Shown here one piece after another: positions 13,600 to 26,121 of a stretch of DNA of 64,000 nucleotides (positions are counted from its first letter, which is position 1; each line of letters starts with the position of its first letter). The stretch lies in NCBI GenBank assembly GCA_030141605.1, contig JAQGDQ010000167.1:394204-458203 (forward strand), written 5' to 3'. Below the pieces are notes generated by a model. That model was not told where the DNA came from. It was given only the letters and a program-made list of their open reading frames with translations, and did not search any database. This DNA comes from Tubiluchus corallicola. Its lineage: Eukaryota; Animalia; Priapulida. The position numbers and the translations under genes were made by a program.

Positions 13600-13791
13600 C
13601 TTATACTGAAATGTCCAAAAACCAAGTAATTTATCAGGAAAACTGGAATTGTGCAATAATAATTGTATTTTGTTACGTCATTATGATGTCATAATGCAGA
13701 AATCAGTGAAAGACTTTCTTTGCGATTTTTGATCAGCGTGTTTCAGCATATCAGTACACTTCTACAGGACTGTTCTTCTAGAACACCCTGT
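13600..13791 (-). mobile_element. Tc1/mariner-like MITE family E (partial)
   Basis: Minus strand TA+cagggtgttctagaagaa; aligns with 34286-34482 and 41534-41720 (ttctgcattatgacatcat). Confidence 0.6.
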
Positions 13792-15477
13792 AGCATACGG
13801 TTTCCCTTGGGCATTCGGTTTCCTGGAAGTTCTTCGCTTGAATCAAAAGCTCATTAAGCGCGTGGAAGATCGTTCCTTTTAGATGGTTCAACGAGCCTGG
13901 CGCAGCTTTACTGTAATCTGTGTCATTAATTTTGCAAGTTTTAGTTGCAGCTGCACTAATTGCGTTCACAAACACGTGTAACTTGCAGCATCGCCACTGT
14001 TGACCGACAAGTATGTTGCTGCTCTTATTGTCATTAAGCTGCCTTCACACATGCTTTCTTTATGCGTGTATCATTATCATAGCGTCAATAATATTTATTA
14101 AACGTCGTACAACTGTGCGCATTCAAACTATCATCACTACAACATTTTCTACGCATGCGCACATTACGTATTCGCACTTATTTTACACTTATTAACGCAA
14201 TAATGTGACTTCTTCGAAAACGATAAGTTTACTTTTTATATAATATTTATATAATCACATCATATTTTATGTGATTTTAGTTACAGATTTTTAACATTAT
14301 GTGCCATTGTTTAGATTTCTAATGTATGTAAACATTTATATATGACTTTAAGTTGAGAAAAACCGAAAAACTAAAATACTTTATGTGCGTAATCATTGTA
14401 AATTGTATAATTCCATACAGTGTAAACTAGAATCTAGCGTTATTAACAAGACCTGATGTTAATTGGGTAGTGAATGTGGCAGGACTGGAATCATTGTAAT
14501 CTCTAGGACAAGATATAAACAAGCAGGGATGTCTCAGCCACGTTCGCAATTATATATTCTTCGTCAAAAGAATGAACGAGAAAAATTGCAGATGGCAAAA
14601 CAGGAGATGAAATATTCAGAAACAGTTTTTCGGGCGGTCACCGGTCACCCCTGCATGTAATAACCAGGTCCTGTGGAGCTTAAAATGATATCATTTATTA
14701 TATACAATTTGTCATATTACCATTTGTGAAGCTAACGTAAAGATGATGAAAATTGTTGAGATGCACTAACACTTATCTTTAGTATTTATATAGACGATGC
14801 CCGTGTTTAGCAACCTTAACCCCTGTGCAAAAGAGGTCACTGACGGAACGCTTCTCCTTTATTTGCATTAAGCAAACACGTTGAACTGTGACAACTCAAC
14901 ATTCTCGCATTGAATTCTCATATTTGCCGTTAATCTGTGTGCCTGTGTAGATATATTAAGTCAATAATTGTTACCCATGAGGTTGACAATAGCAGCAGAG
15001 CGATCAGACGTTTGATTTCGCAATCATGGTTGACACAAATGCGCATGTGCACACTGTAGAAGGTCCACTTCCGGTCAGTAGTTTTAAGACACGACTAAGC
15101 TTCAAGTGCGCATGTACATTTTGGTTTACTTCCGGTCATTTTGTGAAAAAAATCACACGTCTACAGCGACGGTGACGGCAATGCTCAACAATTTCATATG
15201 TTATACTGTAGGCTGCTAATTCATGATTCACTGTGGGTAACAGTTATACGTAGTAAATGTACATCTTTTAATTCACATTTGATTAAACAAACATCTTTAC
15301 ATACTTTTTGTCAAATTGACAGTCTGTCTCACATTTGAGGAAACAAGCTAAACAAAAGGCTTCAGTTTCAAAATAAATGAGACACTTCAGTGTGAATACT
15401 CAGAAGTATAATTATTGAACTAAAAGAGTTTCTGCCCAGTGACAGGCTCCATTACAGGTCTGCCGCTAAGACGCAGT

Positions 15478-16045
15478 TTAAAACAAAACATGACGATCTT
15501 GTATATCCTACCCAATTTGAAGTCTGGTAAGTATAAATTTGAACACATACAATAATTCTAAAGCGTTTCTCATAATCAAATAGTAGATATAAAACTCAAT
15601 TGACGACGGCGAGCCAAGCTAAGGATGACGTCCAAACGAACATAATTTTACGAGCTTGCTGCACGTGTTTGCAAAAGCGAAAATTGAAGTACAGTGCAAC
15701 TGTGCGGCATTCAGTATAATATACAAAAACTGGGCGAATCTTATTAAAACTGAAATTTTAAATTTACCCCTGTGCTCACGCATGAAGAGCTGTGAACCGA
15801 GAGGTACAGCACCTGTTTTTCATGCAACGCGTTTCCGAAATGCAGGCGTTAGTGTGAGAAACTAGCGCATCTAACTAGCGAATAGTGAAATGCATGTAAC
15901 ACCGGATAACTTGCCGTTAGAACACGAAATCACTTTTGTGTGGTAATAATTCTTTCATGTAAGTCATTCTTTAAAAAAATTGTATGTTCCCTTTCAATAT
16001 TTTAAAGAGTAGATTGTTTTGACCTACAGTCCGGTTTTTCTTTAA
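15478..16045 (+). mobile_element. Kolobok/T2-like MITE family A
   Basis: Colinear with 60713-61301; right end gtccggtttttctttaa. Confidence 0.85.
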
Positions 16046-16407
16046 GATGTGGATAACAACAGTTTCTGTTGCTTAGATGCTGCACTCAAAACAGAGGTTT
16101 AGATTTATGGTGACAGCGGGTTCTGGTTTCTTTAAAAACGGTTTAGATTAATAAGCGACGACTGAGCTTGAAGTTTTGCTCAAACAAAACAGCCACATAA
16201 ACCTCGTTTTACTTTCTGTCCATCAATCAAACGGCAAACTTGCAAAGACTTCAAAAATATCTACTCCTTTTCTGATGGAAAACAGAACAATTCAGCGACA
16301 GCCCACACAGTTGTGTTTATTTGGAAGTTTCATTTTGCAGTCGCACCGCCGCGCCACATCTGTTTTCGCTTGCCGAGGAGAACTAGTACACGGTTTCATG
16401 GGTGATT

Positions 16408-17050
16408 TAGGAGTAATTGGTCAGGACTGGCGAACGTGTTCAGGACCCTTTTTAGGGTTAATGTCTTAGAACTGATGAACGTATTTAGGATTCTTTCTAG
16501 GAGTAGTTTGTCAGAATTACTGAACGGGTTCAGGACCATTTTTAGGGTTAATGTCTAAGAACTGCTGAACGTATTTAGGATTCTTTCTAGGAGCAATGTG
16601 TTACAATTGCTAAATGTGCCAGGACTTACTAGTCTAATGTTCAGAACTCCTTAAGGGGGTAACTTGCCACAAATGTTCAGGACTATTATCAGGATAATTT
16701 GTCAGAATTTGCGAACGCTTTCAGTGCTCTTTTTGTAAGAAATTTTCCAGAACAGACGAACTTCCGGTTTAGGACTATTTTATGCGTAATTTGTCAAAAT
16801 TGCTGAACGCGTTCCAGACTCTTCTCATGGGTAATTTGTCAGAGAAATATATATAAATAAATGTGTTCATGCGACTCTTTTGGTGGTAACTTCTAATTTG
16901 TCAGCACTGATGAACGTGTTCGAGACTCTTTTTTGACTTAATTTGCCAGAACTGCTGAATGCTTTCGGTAACTTGCCAGAAATGGTGAATCTTTTCAGGA
17001 CTCTTTTTATGTGAAATTTGCCAGAACTGCAGGATGTGCTCAAGTCCTCC
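16408..17050 (+). repeat. Degenerate 45-bp minisatellite (~13-14 units) with a 90-bp higher-order dimer at its start
   Basis: Consensus about ggtaatttgtcagaactgctgaacgtgttcaggactctttttatg; gggttaatgtc at 16455 and 16545. Confidence 0.8.
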
Positions 17051-17689
17051 TAGGACAAATAGAACACTTCATTTACAAAACTGTAACAAAGTATGAATAT
17101 GAAAATTACGCGGCTGATCACGATGACGATAATGACGATGATGACAACGACGATGACGAACGACGACGGCGATGACCGCGACGATGATAATGTTTTTTGT
17201 TGCTGCTGCTGCTGTCATCTTCGTTATGTAGTACTAAACGTTATATGTCATCAACAAAAGCTGTTTTGCATCCTTCTTGCTTATACCAACTTCCTCTTTG
17301 GAACTAACCTTCCTTTAAAATTAGAACCCAATTAGACTAGCTGAAGTAGAACGGAAAAATCAAGCACGCTGAGCAAGGCGATCAATAATACTATTGTTCT
17401 ATTTGCGGTACGCCTTTGAATATCTTAAGTGGTTCTTTGCAAATTAGATTATTTTGAGCAGCTATGAAGTTTTTCCACAAGGCCAACGACTCCCAATTTT
17501 CTAATTTGATTTTGCGAAACTTGTAAGCAAACCCTGCACAGCGTTCCAACGTTAACGTCGGTTGTTTCCATGGTTTATTGTTTGTGTAACCTTCAAAGAA
17601 GCTAGAAAACAAACTAGACATGAAGAAAGGGTATTAGAGAAGAAGGGTAAGAGAAAGGGGAGGTACAGAGAGAAAGGGATGGTATCGAG

Positions 17690-17799
17690 GGAGAGAGAGA
17701 GAGACAGAAAGAGAGAGAGAGGGAGAGAGGAGAGAGAGACAGAAAGAGAGAGAGAGGGAGAGAGGAGAGAGAGACAGAGAGATAGACAGACAGAGAGAT

Positions 17800-17874
<75 letters not shown>

Positions 17875-17876
17875 TA
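17690..17876. repeat. (GA)n microsatellite, interrupted
   Basis: Directly visible. Confidence 0.95.
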
Positions 17877-18316
17877 GCTCAAAGAAAGAGAGGAGGAAGA
17901 GTAGAGACAGTTATTCGATGTTCCTGGTCATAATCCATTCCACACGAAACTCTTACGGGTAAGACAAATGTGTAATTGAATTAAATTGAAAAGAACTTAT
18001 TTAATTCTTTATTTATTTTTAACCGGGAAATTCAGTTTAATCTAACGACTTTTCGTCTGCTACTGTACCAAGTTGAAGAGAATCACCAACACTTGACTGC
18101 TTCCTTCATTGTAGCCTCCAGATAAACTCACCAGTCGCCAGGCTTCTCAAACGAAATGCCGTAAAACTTTGTGTTATCGAAAAAATTCAATTTAGTTCGG
18201 CTTTATGTGGTAATAGCTGGCAATTAGGCATGTCAGTGGAGTAAAGCCGCTTGCTGTTGAGGTCTGTAAAAAGCGGATAATTTGTGGATTACTGAGCTCT
18301 GTGAGATTTGTACCCG

Positions 18317-18910
18317 TTTAAACAGTTCATCCACTCTACAAGGTTGCGTTTAAATGGTTCGTCCACACTACAGGTTTGCATTTAAATGGTTCATCCACAC
18401 TACAGGGTTGCGTTTAAATGGTTCGTCCACACTACAGGTTTGCATTTAAATGGTTCGTCCACACTACAGGTTTGCATTTAAATGGTTCGTCCACACTACA
18501 GGTTTGCATTTAAATGGTTCATCCACACTACAGGGTTGCGTTTAAATGGTTCGTCCACACTACAGGTTTACATTTAAATGGTTCGTCCACACTACAGATT
18601 TGCATTTAAATGGTTCGTCCACACTACAGGGTTGCATTTAAATGGTTCGTCCACACTACAGGGTTGCGTTTAAATGGTTCGTCCACACTACAGGTTTGCA
18701 TTTAAATGGTTCGTCCACACTACAGGTTTGCATTTAAATGGTTCGTCCACACTACAGGGTTGCGTTTAAATGGTTCGTCCACACTACAGGTTTGCATTTA
18801 AGCCATTCGTCCACACTACAGGTTTACATTTAAATGGTTTGTCCAAACTACAGGTTTGCATTTAAATGGTTCGTCCACACTACAGATTTGCATTCAACAG
18901 TTCATCCACG
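18317..18910 (+). repeat. 32-bp minisatellite, ~18-19 highly similar copies (tttaaatggttcgtccacactacaggtttgca)
   Basis: Period 32 (tccacacta at 18362, 18394, 18426...). Confidence 0.95.
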
Positions 18911-19169
18911 CTATATGCAGGATTGCGTTCACACTAGAATATTTTTTCTGTGTGTATGAACCCGCTACAGTTATAAGTCTGAGCTGTGTGTATGACCTTG
19001 ATAAGATTATAAGTATGAATTTGGTACATTAATTTTGTAAGCTTCTGTATGTTTAGCAAGCCATTAGACAAAAGGAAAAACTAATTAATATAAACAAATT
19101 TGTCAACTTATGAAACAAACTCAATTATATATTTTTAGACGGTGAACGGTAAAAGTCAGAATTCAGGCC

Positions 19170-19270
19170 AGCTTGGTTACGTGAGTTCAAATAATAGAGC
19201 GTGCAGTTATATCGGAAGGTTCTAGGTTCGAATCCTGACTGACTCGCAATTCTCCAGCACTTTCCCCCTT
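19170..19270 (+). mobile_element. Degenerate tRNA-derived SINE head
   Basis: Canonical B box ggttcgaatcc with upstream ...tagagcg A-box remnant. Confidence 0.45.
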
Positions 19271-19509
19271 CTGTTAATTAGCCGTTATAATAGGTATAAT
19301 TGTAGATTATACACACGCCGCTAGGTTTATTAATTTAGGCTTATCATAGTTCAATACCTAAAAAAACAAAAAGCAAAACTGAGCCATAGTTTTTAACGAT
19401 TACCGTTGTGTTGGGCGGCAAAAATAATGAATCTCTTTAACGAAGAAAGAGTAACCGTTTTCTGCATATGGATTTGCTATAATAAGCGTAAATGACCAGT
19501 TGTTCACAT

Positions 19510-19876
19510 CAGGGTCAGATTATGACCTTTTGGGGCTCCTAAATTAATGAAATTATGGGGGCCTCGTAGACGGAGCCACCCACGAACTCACCCGTAATTG
19601 TCTTGAATATTTTTTACTTGTGATATATTTTAGCGATATTTACATAGTTTGATGTAATTTTACTGCAAATTCTTTAAATAAACTAGAATAGCTAACCTTT
19701 GCTGGTCAATAAAAAATTCTTTAGTGCACACCACTATTCTACTATTTATTGCAAACCAATATTTCAACACAAACGTAGTGAAAACACGATGTTACCTAAG
19801 TTTGAAAGACCCCCCCTCCGAGTTTGATGTGCCCTAGGCTGCAGTTTATACTAGCCTATATGATAATCCAGCCCTG
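19510..19876 (-). mobile_element. hAT-like MITE family D with 8-bp TSD
   Basis: TIRs cagggtcagattat / ataatccagccctg; flanks gttcacat and gttctcat (7/8 match). Confidence 0.85.
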
Positions 19877-20559
19877 GTTCTCATGAATGACCGACAAGCC
19901 AAGCTCAAACGATTCGGTGGGAACTCCCAAACTGACCATTACAAATTTTTAAACCTGTTAACCTAAATCTCAGTTATTCAACAACTTATTGAGAATTTTA
20001 CCACACCTCTCACAGTGCAAGTTCAGGATCTCATGCAACCTAGAGGACCATTGAGCAGAAAGAAGAAAGAATGCATGGAGAAGAAAGAAGAGAATCATCT
20101 ATAACTGGCCTGCCATAGTGATATGATATCTGGCAGTAGTTTAGTTTATTGACTAAAAAATATATATCTTAATAGTTTAATAGTACATGCCGCCCCATAG
20201 AACTAATGTATTTAGGAAAACTACAACTTTTAACACTATAATGTTGTGGTATGAAACACTTTTCAATATTAAAGAATTATGTCAATTTCAATTTAATAAA
20301 GTTATAAAATATAATCTGTAATCAAAATTTTCGTGATCTAGCATAAAATGTTTATTACTAAATATCTGTGTATAACTGTTATTTGCTATATTTGTTCAAA
20401 CATTCTTATTTGATGCTTATTATTTCTTAAAGCAATTGTTCATGCATAAGATACTAGTCCAAATCAAGTACGTATGTAATGAATTGTTTAAACTACATAA
20501 ATTACTGTGTAATAATTGCTCTGGGGGACTCCTTCGTCCCCCTCACAATGTTATCTAAT

Positions 20560-21283
20560 TTCTCTTATCTCCTCTCCTCTCCTCTCCTCTCCTCTCCTCT
20601 CCTCTCCTCTCCTCTCCTCTCCTCTCCTCTCGTCTCGCCTCGCCTCGCCTCGCCTCGCCTCGCCTCGCCTCTCCTCTCCTCTCATCTCCTCTTACCTTAC
20701 CTTACCTTACCTTACCTTATCTTACCTTACCTTACTTTATCTTACCTTACCTTAGCTCACCTCACCTCACCTCACCTCACCCCAGCCCACCTCACCTCAA
20801 CTCACCTCACCTCACCTCATCTCATCTCATCTCATCTCATCGTATCGTATCGTATCGTACTTCACTTCACCTCACCTCATCTTATCTCATCTCATCCTAC
20901 CTTACCTTAAATTACCTTACCTTAGCTTACCTCACCTCACCTCACCTCACCCCACCTCACCTCACCCACCTCACCTCACCTTAACTCACCTCACCTCACC
21001 TCACCTCACCTCATCTCATCTCATCTCATCTCATCGTATCGTATCGTATCGTATCGTACCTCACCTCACCTCACCCCACCTCACCTCACCTCAACTCACC
21101 TCACCTCACCTCACCTCACCTCACCTCATCTCATCTCATCTCATCGTATCGTATCGTATCGTACCTCACATCACTTCACTTCACCTCACCTCACCTCACC
21201 GCACCTCACCTCACCTCAACTCACCTCACCTCACCTCATCTCACCTCACCTCACCTCACCTCATCTCATCTCATCTTATCTTA
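20560..21283. repeat. Compound pentanucleotide microsatellite (CTCCT, CTCGC, CTTAC, CTCAC, CTCAT, CGTAT)
   Basis: 5-bp phase kept almost throughout ~720 bp with motif switching. Confidence 0.95.
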
Positions 21284-21977
21284 TATAGTAAACATATAAA
21301 TTATACAGAAATCGAGGTAACAGAAAAGCGAAAGAAAAACTTTCTTTTGTTAAGAATTAATGACAAGTGAGTCACATTAATATCTAAAAATAAAATTGTT
21401 GTATTAACTTTATACAATAGAAAACGTGGTTATATACACTGAAGTTTGATATTTGAATCGAACAGCAAACATTAAGAAAATGACTCTTTTTAGTTTTCAA
21501 AAAGTTTCTAAAACTTGAAAGAAAATTTCAAATGCGTGTTTGCTCTTCTAGCAGACAAAAAGTTCACAATAGCATGTTTTCTTCTAATTTCACTTGCTTC
21601 AGTTGTAGTTCTTACATGTTTTTCTGTTTGTATCTTTCCGCATGCGCATAGTCTTTGGTTTTTACTTTCACCGTACCATCTACCAGGTTCAATGTAGCGC
21701 TTGTAGTCGAGACAAAGCTATGCAGTATTGTTATATACTATTCGCTGGCATGTATGTAGTTTTCAAGTCCGAGTTAAATTCGTTGTAAAACATACGCTTG
21801 GTAGAACTAGGGTTCAAAACTTTCTCATTTAGTAAGTTGTGTTGCTGTGCACAGTATACTTTCCCATTTGCCTCATTTAAGAAGCTTCGGCACACATGGA
21901 GTAGCCATCGTTCCTGCTACCTTTCTTCCCCAGTACATGATTAGTTACTCATTCTTAATAAATTCGTACTGTGTACT

Positions 21978-22245
21978 AGGTGACCGAAGTTAAGCAACAT
22001 TCGACTTGATTAAAAATCCCGGTTGGATCATAGTGCTTTCCGCTATTTCTGTCATTGAGGGCGGATGTATAAACGAGTGCCTGTTACTTTAGTATCTCAC
22101 CTTAAAAGATTAATCTTGTTGGGATCCGGTGCTGTTATGACTTTTGAAGTAGCCTTGAGGACCATCAACACAATTGCAGAGTCATACACTTACGGTGTGT
22201 CTAAAGCTGTGCAAAAAGTCCCAAGCCAGAGCACTGCTTTTTTGT
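21978..22245 (+). mobile_element. Possible 5S-derived SINE (SINE3-like) remnant
   Basis: gaccgaagttaagcaac matches the 5S box A region; downstream body ends in a T-run; right boundary uncertain. Confidence 0.4.
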
Positions 22246-22907
22246 GAAATTGGACGAATTATTACATAATCAATATCTAAAATTTATTTAGCTTTTAATT
22301 TATTAGCCCTGCACATACATTTTTATCTTGTAATTTTTTATTTTATTGTATTTTATTTCATTTTAGTACTGTATTTGTATTTTATTTGGTCTTAGTTAGC
22401 GAACTAAAAATTTAAATTGAATTAAATGAATTGTAGGTCACAGGTTGAGCTCCAAACCTGTTTAACATCCCTACGTTGCTACAGTATTCTTACGTGTGAG
22501 ACGATTAAATTCAGAAAAAGTTATCACGTGTCTTTCGCCAGATTCCCTAAATTCTTAAAAAGCATGACATTTAAATCAGTGGTTCCTAACCACGAGACCA
22601 TAGGACACACACTTTCCAGGACAGCTATGCAGTTTGTTAAAAATATTTGCTTTTCTTCTATTCTTTCGGACTTTGAAGGTTCTGTCAAAGAGCTGAAAAT
22701 GCTATAGAAAACAATTATTATTACAATGAATGCAAACTCCATTGCATTCTCATTTAACACATGCCTAAAGCTAAGTGTCCTTTTGTAGGATTCCTAAAGA
22801 TTCCCAAGACGCAAAGAAACTGTCTTCACAGATTCCTACGGTTCAAAAGTACAAAACCCGGCGAGGTTTAACTGTTACCAATGACCCCCATTCTATTTCA
22901 CGGGAAT

Positions 22908-23432
22908 CTGAAAGCCGGACGATTGTTTAGACTCAATCTCATTTTAATTTACTGTCCAAAATAAACATTTTCCTGCCTATAAAAGTTAACAATTGTTTCT
23001 TATATTTGAATAATTAGCTTAGAAAGTTAATTAATGGCAACCGAACATAGCTATTGTTTACGTCAGAAACTAACCACAGTTTGTGCAATGGCAGGCATCT
23101 TCCCTTCCGCGTCAAAAGCACGTTTGCGTAAGTGTTACTGCTTAAACACGTGATGTCACGAAATGGGCTCTACGTGATATGACGTCAGAAACTAACACTG
23201 CAGTTCATGATCATGGTTATCACGGTACTGCCTTCTATTTGCCGGCCACGCGAATGTGACAAAAAGGCGCCCCTTGCAAATCTTAGTAGATTCATTGAGC
23301 CGCGCGTAGCTTTGAAAGTTCAACGAAATTTCAATATCAGAGGTTAATCTAAGCTTTGATTTAAAAAAAAGCTATTGTAGTTTACAATATTTTAGATCAT
23401 TTTTTATTCTGAACTAATGTTTACACAATCAT
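22908..23432 (+). mobile_element. Kolobok/T2-like MITE family F, longer copy
   Basis: Left end aaagccggacgattg matches the family TIR; near-identical blocks shared with 5057-5205. Confidence 0.7.
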
Positions 23433-24278
23433 TTAATCTTACAACAGGTTTTTATGATCAGGATCGTGACGTTTTCTTCCAAAAGCCATCACAGCTGTGA
23501 TCCAAAGGTTGAAAATTATTAGTTTAAATCGCAGTTAACTCTAAACGAGTATTATGCTCAGTTCACTCAGCTGTTTGGCTGTCATTCTGTCCCCTCTGTC
23601 TGTAGAGTGTAAACGTATTAACCTACTTTCCCGTTTCAAATGTCCGGTTAAGAGCAATAAGTGCAGTCAAAAGCTTTCTACAATCGATGACATCTTTCTC
23701 ATCCTAATTAACTTTGATTCTAGACGACAGTTCCAATTAGAAGTTCCACAAGTTTTGAAGTAATTACCTTTGGCACATACAGCCGATGACAACATTACAG
23801 CATAAATAGCGAGCATCCTGTTATGAAAATTTGATTTCGTAGTAAAATAATTACTTCTTGGTGGAATCCCTTAAGTAATTCAATGTTCACAAATTCAATG
23901 TTGAAACGTTCAATGTTCACAAATTGGTCCAAAAAGAGAAAACGGGGGAGAATATTTATCTGTGTAGTTTAATGGCTACTAGATACATCTAAGGCTTGGT
24001 GAATTGCTATTAGATGTATCTAATTCAATATGGATTATTATATTATAAGAATAATGTAAGAAAAACCATTAAAGCCTCGTTTGTGATAAACGCAACAAAA
24101 CCATTCATGATTTGAAATGCGTAACAAAAATTTTGTTGTAAAAATCTGTTCCTATACCTGTAAGTTGACGAATTAATTTTCATTGAACTGTATTTATTTA
24201 AAGTAGATTTACTAAACAAGCATAATAGAATGATCATACTTTGGAAGAAGTATTTAGATCAATCCTAATCAAATCAAT

Positions 24279-25070
<792 letters not shown>

Positions 25071-25544
25071 ACAAGCTTTTCTCAAAGCTTTCGCGACCTG
25101 ATTACAAAATCAAAGCACAAAAGTTAAACGCAGCGGGCCTTATTACCGCGTTTGTCAAAGAAACCACTGCGCTATTCGACAACTTCCACGTACGGCTTCA
25201 ACTTTAACTGCACATGCAGAAAAGGCAATCGCCAGTTTTCCCCCAACTCGTCGTCTGCCATTGTAAATTTTCTTTAATAGATTGTAACCAATTTAGGTTT
25301 AATTCTAAATCCTCAATGAGTAGAACATCAATGTCGTGTGTCTAGCAGATTTATGGATGTAATTTGCATGGCACATGTTTTCTGTGGTAAGTTGATTACA
25401 ACTAGCAGCCATTGTGATAGCTCTAGTGGAAACACTTGAGGACAGAATATCTAGTGATAACAGTTTAAAACAGAAAAGCTGGTTTCAAATTTTTTGATAA
25501 CATAAAAAATGTTAGTAATGGAGGGCAGAAAAGTTGGTAATAAT

Positions 25545-26121
25545 GTTTAATCACAAAAACCTGTTGCAAGATTTAAAAGAAAGGCCAAGCCTTCTGGGAA
25601 GACAGGCTTGTTTCAATGTTCGTGAAAGATATTAGAAGGATTTAGTAATAAAATTGCAATAAGTGTCTCGTGTAATTAGTAAAATCACTTTAAAGTCGCG
25701 ATCACTTCTTGCTTGGCGCTTCCATTTTCAATGCCCATTTTTCTTCTAATGACGTCATTCGTCCTGAAGAAAAGTAGCGCACTGTCAACCTTCACCAAAA
25801 GTCTAATAAGTTTTTTTTAAAAAATGGATAACTAATTTTGTAATATTTTTGCGTGAACATTAGGTAAGCTGCAGAAATTTGAATTGGTTTAAGCCGCGTT
25901 GTTTACGGAAAGCCACGACGCGCTTACAAAAAGTCACCCAGTTACGTTATGATTTTCAAGTGAATGGCGGCAACCACCACGCCTGAAAATTTCTGTTCAA
26001 AGGTAGTATATTACAAATTTATGCTATATAGACATTTTTTGCAGTTTGTTATATTTTTCTAGCTTTAAGTGATAATAGTAAAAAAATCCCAACATATTGA
26101 GTGGCTTATTCTTTCCTTTAA
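25545..26121 (-). mobile_element. Kolobok/T2-like MITE family B
   Basis: Ends ctttcctttaa; reverse complement aligns to 359-915; colinear with 58225-58660. Confidence 0.75.

Noticed and set aside
18317-18910. CRISPR array
   Set aside because: 32-bp units are head-to-tail with no unique spacers, no cas genes, eukaryotic context
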